In this document: one piece after another, positions 47,769 through 58,699 of the stretch
Position numbering within the stretch: the stretch's first letter is position 1
Layout of the letters: each line of letters opens with the position of its first letter
Source of the DNA: Convolutriloba macropyga
Lineage: Eukaryota
Direction of reading: 5' to 3'
Assembly (NCBI RefSeq): GCF_964194025.1
Contig: NC_134470.1
Coordinates: 65,906,001 to 65,970,000, forward strand
Length of the DNA stretch: 64,000 nucleotides
Program-made: the position numbers and the translations under genes
Notes under the pieces: generated by a model
Databases searched by the model: none
What the model was told of the DNA's origin: nothing
The model's input: only the letters and a program-made list of their open reading frames with translations

Positions 47769-50700
47769 ATGTGGAGGAGGAGCGCAAGATTCTCACCACA
47801 TGAACTACCAGAGCCGTGCACGAACTTGGCAATGGACACATCCAGAATCAAGTGCATCACGGAAGAAAAGGCAGGAGCAGCAGTTCACGCAGAAGAGCTG
47901 GGCTGTTGGACTTTTGCAACGTTTTCAACTGCTACCATGACCAAAAACTTGACAACGTCGTAGTAATCACCGGTTTAAATGATCATCGCCTTTCCCCCTC
48001 CTCTTCCCTTGAACATCTCAAATATGTAATTCAAATAATTCTTGTGAAGTTTAATCCTTCAAACTTGATCATACCTAAGACAATGCACAGTTAAAAACAA
48101 TTTGCTTAACAAAAACTTGAATTTTGCATTTTATAACATTGACTCCAGTCCTTTAAAGAATTTCATGGTTTCCCCCTGAATTTAATAATTTTGTGATTTC
48201 TCGTGTATTCTGTAAAAATTCGGTTCATTTTTCTTTTTATGGAAATCACCTGTTCCTCTAAAATCTAAAGTTCCTCTACAATCGCACTTTAAATTTCATT
48301 TTAATAAACCTGTCAATAATGTCCATCTCAGACTTAATTTCTAGCCCTATGTAGCCTTCCTTCCTCATGTCGACTCAGTCTCACTGTAGCCAGTGCCAGC
48401 TACAACTCAGAGGCGATGGTATATGGTGCGTTTCCTGTGGTTATATCCACATTAGTTGTGGTTTTGCCTCTGGCTCTGAGTATATATGGATTCGAATGCC
48501 GACAATGTGCCAAACGCGCTGCCGATATAATAACCTTTAGACCCTCATCCACCGCTGACTCTGCAAACCCTGATATCCCCTTATCCAGGCAACCCACTCT
48601 CTTCACATTGGTCTTTTCATGGCAAAGTCCCAACAACGCTTTACAAGACAAAATCCGAAAAACTACAACACCACAGCCCAGTGGAAAGCACAGTTCTTTA
48701 ATGTGCACAAGAACCACAGCCCACTGGAAAGCACAGCTCTTTAATGTGCACAAGAACAAAAAGTTTGTGGATACCCTGAATGAGCTACTCCGACCGATAG
48801 CAGAAAATAAGCAACATGCAGAGTTTGTCCTCTACGCTGTCATGGTCATTCCACACGGTTCTGTCAACCAGACCATTAGCAGAAGACTCGGGATGTGATG
48901 CCAAGGAAAATTAGATGAGCTGTTTTCTGAAAGCAAAGCCCTTCAGCTCCGACTACAAGCTTCAAAGAACAATCAGAATGAAGGGTGCCACTTCAACCGC
49001 CTCATGCACCAAGGTAAAGTCTCCAGCGCTATCCGGCAGCAAGACCAAAATCATAAAGAAGGAATTCTATCTCAGTCAGTCAAGAGGTTCGTTGACTGTT
49101 CTCAGAGAACAGCACCCAGCTGCAAGCAAAGCCGACCCCGCACTGAAACTAGATGTCGAAAATCATGATCTTCCTTATCATCCTTCAATCTATAAAAAAA
49201 ATAAGCGCACAAAAAGGCCAACCCAGCTGCATTAAAAACCGATGGCATATCGAAACTGGCATATCGAATTGCCATTGAAACTTAAGCTCCACATTTAGCC
49301 ACTTACAATGACTCATCTAATCCCGCTTGACAAGAACCCTCTTGTCAGATCTTTAGGAAAAAGGACAGTTTTGCGGAGAATTATCGGGCGATGTATTGTA
49401 GCGTGTATCACACAAGCTCTGTAAATTCTAGGAGTCAAAACCCCGCTGTTCCTTGTGCAAAAGTGCGGAATAGAGTATGGCATTCACCCGCTGAGACCTT
49501 GCTTTAATGATGACAACGACGCACAACTACTGATTGATGCTAAAAATGCATTCAACCAACTGAATAGAATTTCTTAACTTCACAACATCTACAAGCAGTT
49601 TCCTTCACTCACAAGAGCTGTGAATAACTTACCAAGCACCATCTAAGCTGTTTGTCGAAAAAGACAATATTGGCTCAAGAAGTGACAGACAACTCAGGGC
49701 GATCCCCTTGCTATGGCAATGTAAGCCATAGCCACGTTACCGCCGATAAGTTGTGTTCAAACCAGCAGCACAGTACAGAAGTGTTATGCAGACGATGGCT
49801 CCGCTGCCTGAAAACTAAGAATACTCCGAGATTTTTCATAGCCTTTGTCTTAGTAGCAAACCTTGCGGATATCTGGTGAACGGTCCTAAATGTCAGTTAG
49901 TGGTTAAAGAGTCGAAACTGGAAGAGGCAAGAATAATCTTCCCGAATACTGATATCGAAATCACCAAAGGCACACGGGTTTTAGGCTCCGTGATTGGTGA
50001 TAGCTAATCGTTCTCTGATTTTGCCCTTGCTTACTCGCGTAAAAATACGTCTATGCTTGAGAAACTCCAGTCAATTTCGCAAACATCGACGCAGAATGTT
50101 TACAGCTGCTTAACCAAAGACGTCCAACAGACACTTGCTCACTTCAAGCGAACAACGCCCACCTTAACCGACGACCTGAAAGCCGTGCAAGGAACTCTGA
50201 ATGGGAAAATTATACCAGCCATAACTGGTCTCGACCACTGGATGGAATCCATCGGAGTATTTACGCCCTACCCTTGAAGCTGGGTGAGTTGAAAACAGCT
50301 AACTCGATTGCAGATAGACCTCTGGAACCCCCTTAAACAACCATGACCCTATCCAGGCGGAGCTCATTCAAAATCGTTTCCAACAGGATATCAAAATGGC
50401 CCCAATTAAGGAAGAGAAAACCAAGCCAGATAGTCTGAAAGAAGAAATGAATCAACAGAAAAAAAACTCTTTGGAACTCGCTTAACAAAAGGACGCTTCG
50501 AGCTAGTTAAATGTCCTGCTACTCAAAAAGTAAAATTTCTGTCTAATGAAGTTGAAGTTTTGCGATGGACTAGACTTACAACAATATGGCCGGGAAAAGT
50601 TCAACATCATGGATGCCCCACATTGTGCAAAAGACGGGCACACTCACATTCGCCATAACAAAATCCGAGAAACGTTTGTAGTTTGATGAACGAGGTTTGT

Positions 50701-51515
50701 TATGATGTCCAAATAGAGCCAAACGTTCAATCGCTTGAAGAAGAATCCTTTCCACACAAGCACTGATCCTTATTACAAGCACTGATAACGAGGCTCGACT
50801 GGACATCAAAGCTAATGAACTCGGTGAAACTCGATTCTCTAGGACTTTTTTCAATGTCAAAATTTTTGACCCCCTCGCCCGGAAACTATCAAAGATGCCT
50901 ACTCATATCACGAACACCTTAAAAATTTAAAATATGAGACCCGCATTATCGAAGTTGGAAACAGTTCTTTCAATCCTCTAGTTTTTGCCTGTTTTGGTAG
51001 TGATGGCCCCTCCGCCACCAAAGTAATAATAAAGTTAGCCAAAAAATTAGCCTACAAGAAAAACGAACGCTACTCAGACACCAACAACTTAATCCGAACC
51101 AAGGTAAGTTTCGCACTCCTTCGGAGCTGTCCCTTATATCTCAGGGAATGTAGAGCCGTCAAGAAGTAATACACACCTGCCGATTTTTCCGAGTCTGCAA
51201 CTGCTGAAGAAGGAAGGCTGCACAGTTCATAATTCACTAGCCTCGAATTCTTTCTTTTCTAATTATACTTCATTGCCTCCTACTTGTTGAACTAATTTTA
51301 CTAGACAGTGCTAAAAGCAGCTATTTGATTCAGCTTAGGTCAATGACCTTCGCTATACATCCATTGTGTTTACCTTCTGTTTGACGATGCTTTGAGCATG
51401 GGTTTTTGTGGTAAATTTACATACGCTGCTGTGATGTTTCATAGTGGGGGCTCACTGTTCGTCCATTGGGTGGATCACACCCCCGATTTAATTTTATAAG
51501 AATAAATTTTATTTC
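47769..51515 (+). mobile_element. Decayed CRE-like (RLE-type) non-LTR retrotransposon with N-terminal PHD finger, preceded by an SGNH ORF
   Basis: [70 protein letters not shown]; C-terminal HIRHNKIR...EP...ARLDIKAN...FNPLVF...VSFALLRS (restriction-like endonuclease); AATAAA at ~51501. Confidence 0.88.
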
Positions 51516-51839
51516 TAAAAACACTTAGAGACGAAAGAATAAAAGAAGAGAAATTGATAGTAGGGGTGAAAGAAAGAAAGCAAGAAAGAAAAAAATGGAC
51601 AAGTAGGAAAATAAGACAGAAAATAAACAGAATGAGAGCGAAATGTTGACAAAGGAACGAATATGATCTTTCTCACTATAGCTTCCCACGATATAGCATC
51701 TCCGAGTATGATTTTTTCACGGAAATGGGCGTATACGTTATATGATCACTAAGTGGGGCTACAGCGGGAAAAACTGAGCGCATTTTTCAAGTCTTTAATA
51801 TTCCCAGTTAAAAGTCGTTTTTCATCTTTTCCTCCACCA

Positions 51840-52100
51840 TACGCATATGCAATACATATCGAAGGAACTCAATATGATCTCTACTAATTTAAGATATATT
51901 CATGCTATCGTCGCCAAAATCCATTTGGCTCAGTGGTTAATGCTCCTGTTTAACACTCCGTAGACCCGGGTTCAATTCTAGACATGTGACAGTTATTACG
52001 TCACTTAATTAATATATAAAATTCTATATTTAAATAGTTTATATAACCCATCCACCAACCCAAATGCACATACACACGCGCAAACGCAGCCACATGCTAA
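51840..52100 (+). mobile_element. tRNA-derived SINE-like repeat, copy 2
   Basis: A box TGGCTCAGTGG (51926-51936), B box GGTTCAATTC (51969-51978), TTAACAC (Val-like) loop, no closing acceptor stem, AT/AC-rich tail. Confidence 0.7.
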
Positions 52101-52286
52101 AGGGATGACGTTTCTTTTATTTTCTCTACAAAAACCATAAACAGAGAAGTAAAAATTTGACCGCGCAAAAGCCTAGCACCCCATTTTCAAGAAAATGCTG
52201 GAAACAACTGAATTAATTAATAAAACATCAATAGCGCACAAAACAACGTAAAATCAAGACACAAAAGCATGAAAATTCTCAATAAT

Positions 52287-52809
52287 CTACACGTCGTCTA
52301 GTCGGGAGCCATTTTGCCACATGATCATTGATCGGTAGAAATCAATAACATACTGAGGATATTTATCAATCGCATCCACGCGTCTGATCAAGTCAATATT
52401 CTCGGTGCCTTCCCATTTTATGAGGAAAAAAGTTTCCCCTTTTTCGTCCATACCGCAGTCAACTATCTTCTGAGCTGGACGAGCCTCAACTTCCGTTGGT
52501 TTTCCTTTCCCCTCCTTCTAAAATAAATTGCATTAGTTCAAGTAAATAATAAAACTGAAACTGTCAACTGAATTTTGGCATATACGTCACCTTTTCCGGT
52601 TGACCAAACAAATGTTGCTGCACTCTTTCAAGCACTCTTTCAAATTCCTGAACTTTCAATGAACAAGTCAAGTTTTCTGAGAATTCCCATGATGCACCAT
52701 GCAAATCACATCCGCTCCACTTGATTAGGTATTCTATTTTACCTTCATTTCTTTCCCTCTTATCCAGTATTCGATCAACAATTTTTTGATTACCGCCAAA
52801 AACTGACAT
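52287..52809 (-). CDS. Divergent HP1/chromobox-family protein (chromodomain + chromoshadow), 149 aa; exons 52809-52591 and 52517-52287
   Basis: Chromodomain IVDRILDKR...IEYLIKWSG...SWEFSENLTC; 73-bp phase-0 GT-AG intron; chromoshadow AQKIVDCG...FFLIKWEG..IDLI...KYPQYVIDFY...MW; candidate 61-bp 5'UTR intron at 52892-52832. Confidence 0.9.
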
Positions 52810-52928
52810 TAGGCTCAACTACAATGCTAATCTGAAAAGATTGTGAAGTACGATACCTAGATTGAACATTAACTGATCAACCCAGAACTCACGCCTTTCA
52901 TTCTTCCGAATTTGAATTTCTAAAAAAA

Positions 52929-53103
52929 TTGGGATCTGTTCTGTTCCCCCCCCCCCAATATTTTTTATTACCCCCAGTTACAAATTATACGTTGTTACAT
53001 AGCACGTTACTATGTAAGAAAAGAGCACGTGCACCTGGGGGTCATAAAAGATTTATGCCCACTAGGCTGTGGGGGGGGGGGGGTAAAACAGAATAGATCC
53101 CAA
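52929..53103. mobile_element. Foldback MITE-like element
   Basis: TIR ttgggatctgttctgtt / aacagaatagatcccaa (1 mismatch), poly-C vs poly-G arms, inner cccccag/ctggggg, and a central ttacatag/ctatgtaa palindrome. Confidence 0.8.
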
Positions 53104-53253
53104 AATTGGGCAGCTTTTTACGCAAATATAGCTATTTATTGTCCAAAAAGACCAAAGATGAGTGAATATAAATGATTTAAATACAAAACGGAGTAATTTT
53201 GATTTCTGGGTTTTTCTTATTGTAGCCCAATGCGAAAGCCCCCAATTTACTAA

Positions 53254-55480
53254 ATGAAATCCATAATGCCAATCAGTTTGATTCGTAATAGAGAAAGTGA
53301 TGATCTAACAATAAAAACGGAGAAACTGATAAATAGCAGTTTGCATCAATTAATGAAACAGGAAAAGATAAGTGAAAAGATTTATCACAGGCTCAGGACA
53401 ACTGGGTCGCAACCGGTCAGGCTTTATGGACTTGCTAAAGTACATAAAAACGATACGTTGCTTCGGCCCGTTCTGTCAATACTCGGAAGCAGTTACGATA
53501 CAAAATTTCTGTCTCCCTTTTTCGAGAGGTTACCAGGTGCAAACATTGAGACCGACACGAAAGATGCCAGAGCCGCTTTAGAGGCTACCATATTAGATGA
53601 AGATAAGCTATTAGTATCTCTCGATGTTAAAAGCATGTACACCAAGGTACCGGTTGAGGAGGCAATTGAAATTGAGCATGAACTGTACTCCAGTGATGAG
53701 GTTCCCGAGATTCCGAAGTCAGCTATGAAGAGCCTTTTGAAACTAGTCGTAACCAATGTTCACTTTAAGTGGAATAAAATGTGCTATACTCAATCAGACG
53801 GTTTAGCAATGGGTGCTTCGCTGGCGGTAAATTTGGCAAATTGGTGGATAAATTTTTTTGAAAATTCCTTGCAGAACCAAATAAGGGAAGAGAGAACAAA
53901 ACTCCTGACATGCAGGGAATTTGCATTGATTGTAACCGACGCAATACTTTTAGAGGGAAAGGAGTCGAGTGCGAATCATGCAAAAGCTGCTTTCATGCAA
54001 AATGCCAAGCTATCACTGACAAGGAATATAAGAACAAGCAGGAAATTGTATGGATCTGTTCCTATTGTGCAGAAAAAGGTAGGACAGAGGACACGCAGAA
54101 ATTGAAATTATTCAAGAGGTATGTGGATGACAAAAAGTGCAATGTCAAGAGGAATCCTCTATATTACCTTGAGTATGCAAATTCTGTTCACAAAAACATA
54201 CAATTCACTCCTTAGACAAGCAACGGTAGTGGAAGCCTGGCATTCCTAGATCGAAACATAACTGTAAACGAAGATAGGAAAATTAACTGTCAACGGTATC
54301 AGAAATTGACCGATACTGGCATAATCCCACATTTCGGTAGCTGTGCACCGTTACAACATAAAAAATTATGTGATTCAAGGGACTGTGCATAGGATCTCCA
54401 ATGCAACCAATGACTGGCAATTCTTTGATGTAGTTTTAAGAGAAATCAAAGATTTGGACTGACGATCAGTATCCAACTGAGTGGTCATCGAGTATTGTTA
54501 ATGAGACGTTGGATAAAATAGTCACGAAAGAAAAAGGTTACAACCAAAACCCCCAAAAATGAAGTACATCTCAAAACAGTTTAAAGTTTTTTAAAAAATG
54601 AGCTTAAAGCGAGGTATTCAATACAGAGGAAAGATCACTCTAAATTTTGCGAGCAGACTGAAAAAATTCTGTAATGTTCAAATCATTTTTACAACGAGAA
54701 AATTAAGAACTTGCTTGCCCACACTGAAATAATCTTTTGATAAGAATCTGAAATCCCATGTGTATAAAAAGTTACATGTAATGGATGCAGTTCCATCTAT
54801 GTTGGCCAGCCGACATGTTAACACAAGAATTTCATAGCATCAAAAGAATGATTCACCAGTGGGACAACACATCGTTGAATGTTTTGGTACAGCGCATAAA
54901 ATTGAATGGGAGATTCTAGATGCATGTCGCGGGGTTGAAAAACTAATGATAACAGAAGCGATATACATAAAAAACTGAAACATCAATTAAATACGCGCGA
55001 CGAGCACCGGGAGCGCGAATTGACATTAAAGTATTAGATTAAATCAAAACAAGTTGATTTTTGAATTTCAAAAATTATTTTGGTGCACGTTAATTCGAAA
55101 TTTTGTAAGCCCCAACAAGTACACGAGAAAAACAAAAAGGAACGTTATTAAAAACTATTTTTAGGAATAGAAAACAATACACCCGGGATTTTCAAAAGAT
55201 CCGGAATAACGATTGAATTATTTTGGTTCTGTAAATTTTAACAAAATGTAAATGTGATTTTAACTGTAAATAATTTCAAAAATTTGTTGTAATTTTAACT
55301 CATTTCTTAGAATTCAATAGATAGAGTCAAATGCAAACTTATATACACTGTAAACAATTTCATTCGATTGTTAAACGTGACGATGAACGCAATGTTCGAA
55401 ATCGTTCGTTGTTTTAAATCAATTGAATCTTTAATTGTAATTCCTTCTTCTCTGCATTATTGGATTGAACTGACAAGGCT
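53254..55480 (+). mobile_element. 5'-truncated, decayed Penelope-like element (RT with internal PHD finger, C-terminal GIY-YIG, 3' pLTR-like tail)
   Basis: RLYGLAKVHK..LRPVLS, LVSLDVKSMYTKVPVEEAI, QSDGLAMG, RYVDD, SLAFLD, YQKLTDTG; GIY-YIG HVY/KVTCNGCSSIYVGQ...EAIYIKK...LN; stop at 55035-55037. Confidence 0.92.
55366..55420 (+). ncRNA. Degenerate minimal hammerhead-ribozyme-like motif
   Basis: gTGACGA-T-GAAC-gcaat-GTTC-GAAA core (55377-55401; the C of CUGA is replaced by G), flanked by imperfectly complementary ttaaac/gttttaa. Located where Penelope-like elements carry hammerheads. Confidence 0.65.
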
Positions 55481-55699
55481 AGCAAAATATAAACTTTAAA
55501 AGAACGGCATTTTTGGTCAAATTTCAGCTAAATTAGAGCAACCAAGTTATTTAATCCCAAAACGAAAACGACAATCTTATTCTAAATTTCATTCTGTCTT
55601 TCTCATTATGGCCAACAGCTTGGTGGGAATGAAGCGTTTAATCCCTCCTCCAAAAAGTAAAACATCCCATAAAGGAGCGCAGACTTGTTAAAACGGCTA

Positions 55700-57760
55700 A
55701 AACATCGCCACAAAACGCCTTCACTTACGACAGCTGAAGAAAACTTTTGTTTCTCACTCCAAAGACTCCTAATACTCGGAATCTTTTCCTGCACGCAGAA
55801 GAACTTTCAGAAATCATTGCTGCCGTCGTTTTTGTTTCGCTACCGATGCTGCACCTCACTTGTTTTCGCTACGGACTCGGGAGGAGGGACTCAACATCAG
55901 GAAGCCACTAGAACACGACGCGACTATGCTGGGTAACCCACTGCTTGTGAGCCTCCTGGGTTAGAAGACTTCGCGAACGTTTACCTCATATAGGAGAATC
56001 ACCCACCATAAATGCAACGTTCACTTAATAGGATGATAACTTGCAAATAAGTTACTCCGCTCGTTAACTGAATACAGACATCCCCTAGTCGAATTGGCAG
56101 TCGAACGAGCCCCGAACTGAATCACTACGTTCCCACTGAAACACTTAAGTTTCACGCACAGAATAGAGTTAGGTGACGGTTTTATATTGCCCTATGCTCT
56201 CCACTGGACCTGCAATAATTTAAAAATGGCGATTAGCTTTGAAACTGAACTACCGCCCCGACGCAAAGTAGATGCTAACATTCGATGTTGGAAGCACCCC
56301 TGAACTCGAAAGCCGTATGAAACTTTTAAAATCAAGTTCAAGTGAGTAGTCACAAACATGACTGAGACCCAATATTCCTCATACCTCTTTATTCTTCGCA
56401 GGTTTTCATATACATAGAGAAGACCCCGAAAAGGGAGCAAAATGCTAGACTAGCCAGGGAGGAGCGTTGAAAGCAATTAAAATCGACATCTCACACAGAA
56501 GGTATCCCATGAAGGCAGCTTCAATATCATCACCGGTGCTCTCAAACTATTGCTGACCAATTGGGGAAACAAGTCGTCCTTGTTTACCTTCGAAAACAGT
56601 CTCTAAAATCCTGTCTGAGAAAGGCTTTCTGAAGATTTTCAACCAGAAAAAGAACCAACTGGAAGTGCTTCTCACTGAAGCTCAGCAAAATGATTGGTAT
56701 GCTTGGTTCTGGCAAAAATTGAAACGCACATCCCGAAAGCAACCCGACATCGAGTAAATCTGCAACCATTGACATCAATGGTTTCGTCGCATCTAATGAA
56801 GAAAATCAATACGCTGTGGGAACATGAAAATTTTAGCTTGTCTCAAACACTGAAAATAAAGAAGATGTTCTGTATACTGGCTGAAAGAGTGAGCAGTGAT
56901 TAATCTCAACAAAAACCGAATTTCAACAGAAAAAAAATTAAACTTCTAAAGATATCTGAAAAGTAGGTTGCCATGAGGTTTTCAAAAGCAAGGCAACCAG
57001 CCCAAATGAAATTAGCAAGGCTGTTCTCAAAAACTGATGCGCATCTCTTGCAAAATCTTTGAAATACTTTGTGAAACTAAGATCAACAAAGGGCTGTACC
57101 CTAACCCTTGAAAATAGCAAACGTGGGTTCGGTATATAGGCAGGTTGAGCGAATGCAAATCGAAAAATAGAGATGAATCAACCTGCTCTGTAATAAATTC
57201 AAGTGTTCAAGAAAGTACCCTTGGAGTCACTCCATAGTTTTCTAGAGAACCAGATGCAAAACCAATTTGGTTTTCGCAAAGCCATACTTGCAGTACTACA
57301 ATTGACAACTTTTTTCAATGTTTCATACATTCAGTTGGACGATCCATAATCTACTGAGCCAATTTACTGTACTTAGACTTTGCAGGGCGCTCCACAAGGT
57401 ACCCCATAACCGACTGCTCAAGGAAATGGTATACTCAGGTATAAAACGAAACAATCAAATAACAAACTGTTAGTCTCTATCTCTTGTCAAAAATCTAACG
57501 TCAGTAATGTCACAAGCGGAGTTCCGCAAGATTCATTCTAGGTCTCCTGTTGTTGTTGGTTTTTATTTACGGCCTTCCAGAAATACTAACGAAGTGCCAA
57601 AGTTTCGGCTGTAAGGATGATTTTATGATTTGGTGAAATAGTAGTATATCAAACAACCCAGAAAGACCTTGGTGTGGTTGTTGCAAGCAACCTAAACTGA
57701 GCTGACAACAGCCATCAACTAACTTAAAAAACTACATCCTAAGTTTTTATACTGCTGAAC
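55700..57760 (+). mobile_element. Heavily decayed APE-RT LINE relic
   Basis: Scattered RT motifs QFGFRK (~57263), YLDFA (~57370), NVTSGVPQ (~57506), QKDLGVVV (~57659). The 5' boundary is uncertain. Confidence 0.7.
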
Positions 57761-57857
57761 ACATGACTACAAAAAACAGACAGCAACTTCTACGTAAGAA
57801 CGGAACGCCTGGCAATTATTTTCAAGATGTTTCAAATGTTCCAAATAATCTGATGTA

Positions 57858-58432
57858 AAGACTACAGTCTTGACATCAGATTTTTCTCTGGTCACACTAT
57901 CCTCTTCTAATAAAAAGAAATGTAATTTTTTAAATTGCAAAATAATTTTTTTTGGCAGCTTGTTTTAATTTTTGTCTGCAAGGTTGCAATTTGTATTCAA
58001 TTCTTTTAAAAACCAATTTATTCTGAGGAAACAGTGGCTCAATTTTTTCAATTTTTATAGTAGTAGCAGTAAAATTGCTTCATGAGGCATTATATATTTT
58101 TAAAAAATCAGAAAAAATATTTATAATGTTCATTCTCAAAATATTCATTAACAGCAGCAAGTAAAAAAGTTTCATATTTACTTTTACAAAGTCAGAAGTC
58201 CATTAAAAAAAGAAAGAAAGAATTTATTTCTTTGATCAAGTACCAAATAAGTAACAGCAAGTACAAAAAACAAACGTAAATATTGACTCGTACAAACATG
58301 ATCAAAGTGGATAGGCATTGGGCTATTTAAACCCACACGCCCTGCCCTTAAAAACTCAGCAAAGATGTTCCTATGATAACAAAAACAAAAAAAAATGAAG
58401 AAATGAAAAAATACTTAAAAAATATTTTTGCT
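57858..58432. repeat. Direct repeat copy 1 (~0.6 kb)
   Basis: Highly similar to 59904-60504 (offset 2046 at the 5' end). Confidence 0.9.
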
Positions 58433-58699
58433 ACATTCTTCAGAAATTAACAGCGGCCTAATTAAAGCTCAAAGCTCGTTAAACCTACTTGAGGCCTTCA
58501 AAATAAATTAGGTCTCTAAAATTGCTCGGTTTAAAAATTTTTCTTAAGTTTTTCAGAAACAATTTTAGCGGGAAAAATTCAAAAATTTTGAAAAATTGCC
58601 ATAATTCGGAAACTAGAAGGAATTGAGAGCTCATATTTTCTCATAAAAATCCCCCTCTCTGGTGCATTTTGTATTGAATCATATAATCTAGGAAAACTT

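Noticed and set aside
51920-51985. Functional tRNA-Val gene
   Set aside because: A and B boxes are present, but there is no acceptor stem or well-paired anticodon stem, and a diverged second copy with shared flanks indicates a repeat.
34539-52892. Spliced-leader trans-splicing inferred from tttcAG acceptors just before the ATGs of TopBP1, metaxin and the HP1-like gene
   Set aside because: Plausible upstream cis donors exist (GTGAGT at ~37954 and 52892; GTGAGA at 46033), so 5'UTR introns are the simpler explanation.
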